DNA of 64,000 nucleotides from a virus: IMG/VR virus record IMGVR_UViG_3300046514_000687, positions 47,031 to 111,030 of that record; one strand, 5' to 3'. Shown piece by piece: positions 58,798 to 64,000 of this stretch (position 1 is its first letter; each line of letters starts with the position of its first letter). The notes under the pieces were generated by a model. It saw only the letters and a program-made list of their open reading frames with translations, ran no database searches and was not told where the DNA came from. The position numbers and the translations under genes were made by a program.

Positions 58798-59225
58798 CCC
58801 CCGCCGACTTTGCCGCGGCCGTGGTACGCGAGCTGGATGCGCTGCTGCCGGCGTGGTGCCGCCAGTTCTTCCGCCCCGTTGTGCGCCACTTTGCAAACTA
58901 CCGCCAGGCGGAGCCGGTCTACGTCGTCGGCCTGCGCGCTACGCACGCGATCGAGGTCCCGGTTGGCGGCGTGCTGGCCGCCGCGCAGGCCGTTGCGCTG
59001 GAGGACGGCTTTACGCCCGGCCCCTATGGCATCTGGACCACGAATCCCGGCGCCGTCGCCTACCCCGTGGACCCAGACCTGCTCGCTAGTCTTTCCGAAG
59101 AGCACGCGGCGCGGTTCGTCACCCATACCGCCCACGCGCTACTCGGCGTGGCCTGGCTCAGCGGCATCCTGCCGCCGCACCGGCCGCAGCCCGCACCGCC
59201 GGGGCCGGTGCGGCGGGCGGACTAG
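58794..59225 (+). CDS. hypothetical protein
   Basis: GTGA overlap with TerL, GGAGG RBS. Confidence 0.55.
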   Translation: MTPADFAAAVVRELDALLPAWCRQFFRPVVRHFANYRQAEPVYVVGLRATHAIEVPVGGVLAAAQAVALEDGFTPGPYGIWTTNPGAVAYPVDPDLLASLSEEHAARFVTHTAHALLGVAWLSGILPPHRPQPAPPGPVRRAD

Positions 59226-59794
59226 GTCTCGAGGGCGGGGAGCGGGAACTGCGTCCCGCAATGGGGGCACTGCACGATTGCGGCTTCTGTGTCCGGCTGG
59301 GCATCGTGCTGGCGCTGCATGCCGGCAAACTTCCCAACCGCCCCGCGCCCCTTCACGCCCTGCGAGCCCTTCGGCACTGGGCTAAAGCTGCGAACGACCT
59401 GGGCTACCTGCGGGGGACTCGGCGCGGCGGGAGCGCTCTGGCGCACCGCGGCAGCATACACTGCCCTGGCGACCTCTGGCTCACGCGCCACCGGCGCCAA
59501 CGCGCGAGCGGTCGTGGTGGGCAGCGTCCCCGGCTCCAGCGCCAGGATGCGCTCCATCCGTGCTGCCTGCACTTGCTGGTAGAACCAGGCTTGCTTTTGC
59601 TGGAAGCGGTCCAGGCAGTAGGCGCGCCAGCTCTCGTAGCCTAGTGCCTCCCAGCCGCGACCCTCGTACAGCTCAAGGAGTGTTTCGCGGAGGTTGGTGA
59701 GCTGCTCCCCAGCTACGGTCATGTGATCTACCACCGCCTTCGTCAGACGCTCAGCAGCCTTCTTGCTGAGTATAGTCGTCGCCACCGCGGTCAT
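59222..59794 (-). CDS. hypothetical DNA-binding-type protein inserted antisense between TerL and portal
   Basis: WEALGYESWRAYC; C-terminal CPHC; lower GC3; own upstream inverted repeat. Confidence 0.7.
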   Translation of the reverse strand: MTAVATTILSKKAAERLTKAVVDHMTVAGEQLTNLRETLLELYEGRGWEALGYESWRAYCLDRFQQKQAWFYQQVQAARMERILALEPGTLPTTTARALAPVAREPEVARAVYAAAVRQSAPAAPSPPQVAQVVRSFSPVPKGSQGVKGRGAVGKFAGMQRQHDAQPDTEAAIVQCPHCGTQFPLPALET

Positions 59795-59803
59795 TCCCAG
59801 CCT

Positions 59804-59849
59804 CCCTTATACGCGTAGAAACCGTGGCCAGGTTATACGCGTATAAGGG
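59804..59849. promoter_or_regulatory. 14-bp inverted repeat, operator-like
   Basis: CCCTTATACGCGTA...TACGCGTATAAGGG; right copy contains palindrome TTATACGCGTATAA. Confidence 0.6.
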
Positions 59850-59915
59850 GACGAGCGCTACCCGGCTTGCTGCTGTGCGCCCCATCGCGCATGCTAGCGT
59901 GTGGAGGTGGCGCTG

Positions 59916-62900
59916 ATGGCCGACGGCCTGCTCGACCGCCTGGGGGCTAGCCTGCGCGCGCTGGTCAGCCTCTACGGCCCCCGCGCCGACAGAGCAGCGT
60001 TCGGACTTTTAACCGGCATCCTGCCCGGCGGGCGCGGCGAGCTGTCTCCCCGCGGCACCAACGAGTACCTGAAAGCCTACTCCGAGTCGCCCTGGCTACG
60101 CGCCGTGGTCCAGAAGATCGCCCACGTCGTCGCGACTACCGAGTGGCAGCTCTACGTCGCCAAGGCGCCCCCGGCCGCCCCCGGCGTGACCGGCAAGGTC
60201 TATCAGGACCGCGCCTTCCAGCGCGACAGCGACTGGCGCCGCCGTGCCTACCGCCGCAAGGAGCTGGCCAGCACCGGCGACCTTCAGCAGCTCGACACTC
60301 ACCCCATGCTCGACCTGCTGAACAGTACGAACACCTTCCTCACCGGGCTGATGACCCGCCAGCTCACGCAGATCTACCTGGACCTCGTCGGCGAGGCGTT
60401 CTGGGTCAAGGAGCGCAAGACCAAGACCGGCCCGCCCATCGCCGTCTGGCCGATCCCGCCCACCTGGGTCTTCGCCACTCCCACGCCCATCCGTCCCTAC
60501 TTCGAGGTGCGCTACCGCGGCTGGCAGGTGGAGATCCCCGACACCGAGGTCCTCTGGATGGCCGACCCGAACCCGCTGAACCCCTACGGGCGCGGCGCTG
60601 GCATGACCCACGCGCTTGGCGACGAGCTGGACACCGACGAGTACGCCGCGCGCCACACCAAGCTCTGGTTCCAGAACCGCGCCCGGCCGGACGTGCTGAT
60701 CACCATGGAGGGCGCCAACCCCGCCGAGGTCGCGCGCCTGGAGCAGGACTGGCTGTCTAAGAGCCAGGGCTTCTGGCGGGCGTTCAAGCCGTACTTCCTC
60801 AGCGGCAAGGGCAACGTCCAGATCAAGGAGCTGAACCAGACTTTCCAGGACATGCAGCTTATCGAGCTGCGCAAGTTCGAGCGCGACATGGTGATGCAGG
60901 TCTACGGGGTTAGCCCCGAGATCATGGGCGTGCTCGCTAACTCGAATAGGGCAACGATCACCGCGGCGGACTACATGTTCGCGCGCTGGGTGGTCACGCC
61001 GCGCCTGGAGTTTCAGCGGGCGATCCTCCAGGAGCGCCTGGCGCCGGAGTTCGACGAGCGCCTGATCGTCGACTACGCTAGCCCCATCCAGCGCGACGAA
61101 GACCACGAGCTGGCCGTCGCCACCGCCGCGCCCTACGTGCTGACCGTGGACGAGTGGCGCGAGATGCTGCACCTGCCCGCCCTGCCCAAGAAGCAGGGCC
61201 AGGTCCACATGGTGCCCAGCACGCTGACCGCGGTGGAGGACATCAGCAGCCACGCGCCGCCGCCGCCGACCATGTTCCCGGCTTCGCCGGGGGGCAGGCT
61301 GCCCCCCGGCCAGAAGCCGGGGCTGCTCCCGCCCGGCGAGGCGCCGCCCGCGGACGGCCAGGCGCCCCCCGGCCAGAAGCCGCCCAAGGCCGCGAGCTGG
61401 TCTACGCCCGCCGGCACGCTCGCCGCCCAGGCCCAGTGGCGCGGCGTGGCCGGCATGCTCCAGAAGGCCCAGGGCCACGACGGCTTCATGGTTGCCCTGT
61501 GGGTGCCTGCCGCCAGCGCCGGCCTGCTCGCCCTGCCCGGCGCCGAGCCGCCCGACCAGCTCCACTGCACGCTGGCCTTCTGCGGCCCCTACCGCCAGGT
61601 GCCCGTCGTCCAGCTCGGCGACACGCTGGCGGCGCTGGACGCGCTCGCCGCGGACTGGGCGCCGCTGGACGGCGCGATCGGCGGCTACGGCCAGTTCACC
61701 GGCACGGCCGGCCCCGGCGTGGAGGGGGCGCAGGACGTGTTCTACGCCTCGCTCGACGTGCCCGGCCTGGTCGAGCTGCGCCAGGCGGTCGTGACCGTGC
61801 TGGTCGCCCACGGCATCCCGCCGCTGGCGAACCACGGCTTCACGCCCCACGTCACGCTGGCCTACCTGCCGCAGGGCACCGCGGCGCCGTCGCCGTCGGT
61901 GCAGAACCTGCCGCTCCACTTCGACGCCCTCACGCTGGCGCTCGGCGACACGCACCTGTCGGTCCCGCTCACCGGGCCGCTCTCGGGCGCCATCGTGCCC
62001 CTACCGCTACCGCACCCGCAACTCGCCCCAGAGACCCGCGCCGGGCCGTACAGCGTCAAGGAGGCCCATCCCACGATCCCGCCCGCGGAGATCCAGGCGG
62101 CGCGAGACTGGTGGCGGCAGGCCGTCGCCCCGACCGCCGGCATTGCCGCGGGCCTGCTAGACGCCGCGCCCGTGGGCGCCCCGCCGGCGGGGCGCCGGAC
62201 GAACGGCTACGCGGTCACCCGCTTTAACCCGGTGCACGATCCGCATAGCGGTGAGTTCGCTAGCGGTGAAGGCGACGACGGCGGAGCTGCGTCGCCGCGC
62301 CCGGCGCTGACCGGTCTCGCGCGGCGCATGGTCGAGGTTGACGTAGCCGGTGACACGCTCCGCGACCTATTCAGCAGCGACCCGGATGCGTCTGCCAATA
62401 TCGCCGATAACTACAACCTCAACACCGTGACCGATCGCATGCGGGAGCAGGCCGCGCGCCAGGTCCAGGCGCTCAGCCAATGGACGCTTCAGCAGCGCGG
62501 CGTGCCGGACCCCGCGACCGTCTGGCGCGCGGGCGAAGTGGGCGCCGAGATTGTCAGTGCCTCGTTGGAGGAGGGCGGCGCGCGGTCCTTCGCTCGCCGT
62601 ACCGGGATGGACCAAAGCCGCGTCACTGGCTACACTATCCCTCGTGCCGCCATCCTGGTTGACGTGAATGGGGTGAAGGGCAGCCGTCAGCCGTACCCCG
62701 GCGAGGCTGAGGTACTGGTCCGCGGCGAGACACTCCGTGCCCCGCCGGCGGGGCGCCGGACGAACGGCCACGCCGTCACTCGCTACTCCGCAGACCAGCC
62801 GCGCGAGCCGGCTGGCAGCAGTGCGGGCGGAGAGTGGGCCGGCGCAGCCGGTGGCTTGCCCGCGTTAGCGCCCGCCCCCAGCGACGCCTCGGGGAACTTG

Positions 62901-64000
62901 CTCCACCCGGCCTACGCCTACATTGCCGCAACCGGCTACGCCGACCGTGACAGCGACATTCAGAGTATTCGCGAGGAGCGCGTCCGCGATGCGACGGCGG
63001 CTGACCTGGCCGCTCGCGTGCAGGCCCAGCTCGGCGCGGCGAGTCCCTTCCCCGACGCCGCCGCGGCCTCTGCCTGGCTCCGGCCCCTCCTCGTGGACTG
63101 GGGGAATAGCGCGCGCTCGTCCTCAGTCTTGGCCCTCCACGAGGCTGTGCGCCAGAAGTTCGACCTGCCGACCGAGGCAATGCGAGGTATTGACCCGGTC
63201 CCGCCGAGCCCGGAGCAGCGCGCCCTGGTCGACGCGATCTACGCGAACACGCAGGCGCACCTGGCTGCGGCGGGCATCACCGAACTGACGCTTGCTCGCG
63301 GAGCGCGGGTGCGAGATACCTACCTGCCGTCCGGCTTCCAGTCCGACGCGGATCCCCGCCACGGCGCGCAGCACGTCGATGCTCCCGCGCTGCTCGCCCC
63401 CCTGTCCTCCTGGACCGGCAGCGCGCAGATGGCTGGGCAGTTCACTAGCTTCCTGGCGCAGGCGCCCCGCGACGCGTCGATCCCGCGCACGCGCGTCCAG
63501 CTCACCGCGACGGTCCCCGCAGCCCGGATCTTCAGCACCGGACGCACGGGGCTGGGTGAACTGCGCGGCACCGAGTTCGTGCTGGTCGGGGGACAGAGCG
63601 CGGTGCGCTGGCACGCTTTCGAGTCGGGGGCCGGCTTCGTCTATCGCGCTGCCGCTCTCGCGAGCGGCTTGTCGCCGGTGGACGAGGATGCAGTCAGCGC
63701 CGACTGGCTGCGTGTCGCCCTGGACCACCCGGGGCTGGTCGCCCGCGCCTTTAATCCCGACCAGCCCCGCGACGACCACGGCCAGTGGACCAGCGACGGC
63801 GGCGTAGCGACTCTGCCAACGCCCTCCGGCAGCGGCCCCTCCCCGACGCAGATGGCCAGCGAGCTGCAGGGCCACGATAGCCTCGCCAAGTACACCCGCC
63901 CGGACGGCACGCTGGAGCCCGCGCGCCAGGCCCTCCACGACGCGATCGTCGCCCGCGCTCTCGTCGGCGTCCCCAGCCAGGCCCACCCCACCGCCTACCT
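59916..64000 (+). CDS. HK97-like portal fused to 2H phosphoesterase, two ADP-ribosyltransferase-like domains and the start of a zeta-toxin-like domain (3' partial)
   Basis: Hand translation has no stop to window end; HPMLDLL..YLDLVGEAFW, YGVSPEIMG..NRA, TVDEWRE; HCT 61563 and HVT 61848; R-S-E motifs. Confidence 0.85.
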   Translation, partial: MADGLLDRLGASLRALVSLYGPRADRAAFGLLTGILPGGRGELSPRGTNEYLKAYSESPWLRAVVQKIAHVVATTEWQLYVAKAPPAAPGVTGKVYQDRAFQRDSDWRRRAYRRKELASTGDLQQLDTHPMLDLLNSTNTFLTGLMTRQLTQIYLDLVGEAFWVKERKTKTGPPIAVWPIPPTWVFATPTPIRPYFEVRYRGWQVEIPDTEVLWMADPNPLNPYGRGAGMTHALGDELDTDEYAARHTKLWFQNRARPDVLITMEGANPAEVARLEQDWLSKSQGFWRAFKPYFLSGKGNVQIKELNQTFQDMQLIELRKFERDMVMQVYGVSPEIMGVLANSNRATITAADYMFARWVVTPRLEFQRAILQERLAPEFDERLIVDYASPIQRDEDHELAVATAAPYVLTVDEWREMLHLPALPKKQGQVHMVPSTLTAVEDISSHAPPPPTMFPASPGGRLPPGQKPGLLPPGEAPPADGQAPPGQKPPKAASWSTPAGTLAAQAQWRGVAGMLQKAQGHDGFMVALWVPAASAGLLALPGAEPPDQLHCTLAFCGPYRQVPVVQLGDTLAALDALAADWAPLDGAIGGYGQFTGTAGPGVEGAQDVFYASLDVPGLVELRQAVVTVLVAHGIPPLANHGFTPHVTLAYLPQGTAAPSPSVQNLPLHFDALTLALGDTHLSVPLTGPLSGAIVPLPLPHPQLAPETRAGPYSVKEAHPTIPPAEIQAARDWWRQAVAPTAGIAAGLLDAAPVGAPPAGRRTNGYAVTRFNPVHDPHSGEFASGEGDDGGAASPRPALTGLARRMVEVDVAGDTLRDLFSSDPDASANIADNYNLNTVTDRMREQAARQVQALSQWTLQQRGVPDPATVWRAGEVGAEIVSASLEEGGARSFARRTGMDQSRVTGYTIPRAAILVDVNGVKGSRQPYPGEAEVLVRGETLRAPPAGRRTNGHAVTRYSADQPREPAGSSAGGEWAGAAGGLPALAPAPSDASGNLLHPAYAYIAATGYADRDSDIQSIREERVRDATAADLAARVQAQLGAASPFPDAAAASAWLRPLLVDWGNSARSSSVLALHEAVRQKFDLPTEAMRGIDPVPPSPEQRALVDAIYANTQAHLAAAGITELTLARGARVRDTYLPSGFQSDADPRHGAQHVDAPALLAPLSSWTGSAQMAGQFTSFLAQAPRDASIPRTRVQLTATVPAARIFSTGRTGLGELRGTEFVLVGGQSAVRWHAFESGAGFVYRAAALASGLSPVDEDAVSADWLRVALDHPGLVARAFNPDQPRDDHGQWTSDGGVATLPTPSGSGPSPTQMASELQGHDSLAKYTRPDGTLEPARQALHDAIVARALVGVPSQAHPTAY

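Noticed and set aside
51335-59900. Extended -10-like late promoters (TGCTACGAT near 51335, TGGTATGAT near 56068)
   Set aside because: Plausible, but too short and too few to support without TSS data
60096-61955. 619-aa minus-strand ORF
   Set aside because: Antisense shadow of the portal gene, a high-GC artefact
62178-62784. Diversity-generating retroelement TR/VR pair
   Set aside because: The repeat is only 46 bp, the mismatches are not at adenines, and no reverse transcriptase is present
1-64000. Genome-wide TGA or TAG reassignment
   Set aside because: Many recognisable genes end at TGA (ATGA/GTGA overlaps) or TAG at the expected lengths; only one internal TGA was found

Overview
A 64-kb segment of a high-GC (about 70% by eye) tailed dsDNA phage or prophage genome. 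The host is possibly Chloroflexota-like, which is an inference from VPE-type sorting tails. Left to right: the end of a lysis-type region (HGGG/GHSAG alpha/beta-hydrolase, holin). Next is a short leftward operon: a tandem RHH-like regulator, small Cys-rich ORFs, a gene with an in-frame TGA followed by a SECIS-like hairpin, and a free-standing LAGLIDADG endonuclease. About 45 kb of rightward early/accessory genes follow, punctuated by 12 copies of a conserved promoter-plus-GGTACC-N7-GGTACC leader. This part includes ParB, a PEP-CTERM-like Thr/Pro-rich protein with two glycosyltransferases, an 8/4-type tRNA-like gene with an AUG anticodon, ArdC-like, HNH, Rad52/Sak, a replication initiator with iterons, a DnaC-like loader, VRR-NUC, an XRE HTH, ASCH, DUF5131 and SLOG. 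Then come a ParB/methyltransferase/TAGT-like glycosyltransferase cluster (one gene with an intein), TerS, and TerL with a class-3 intein. The window ends in a portal ORF, missing from the ORF track, that stays open for at least 1361 codons. It carries 2H-phosphoesterase, two ADP-ribosyltransferase-like and a zeta-toxin-like domain, the last three each preceded by a repeated linker. All family calls are motif recognition by eye; no searches were run.
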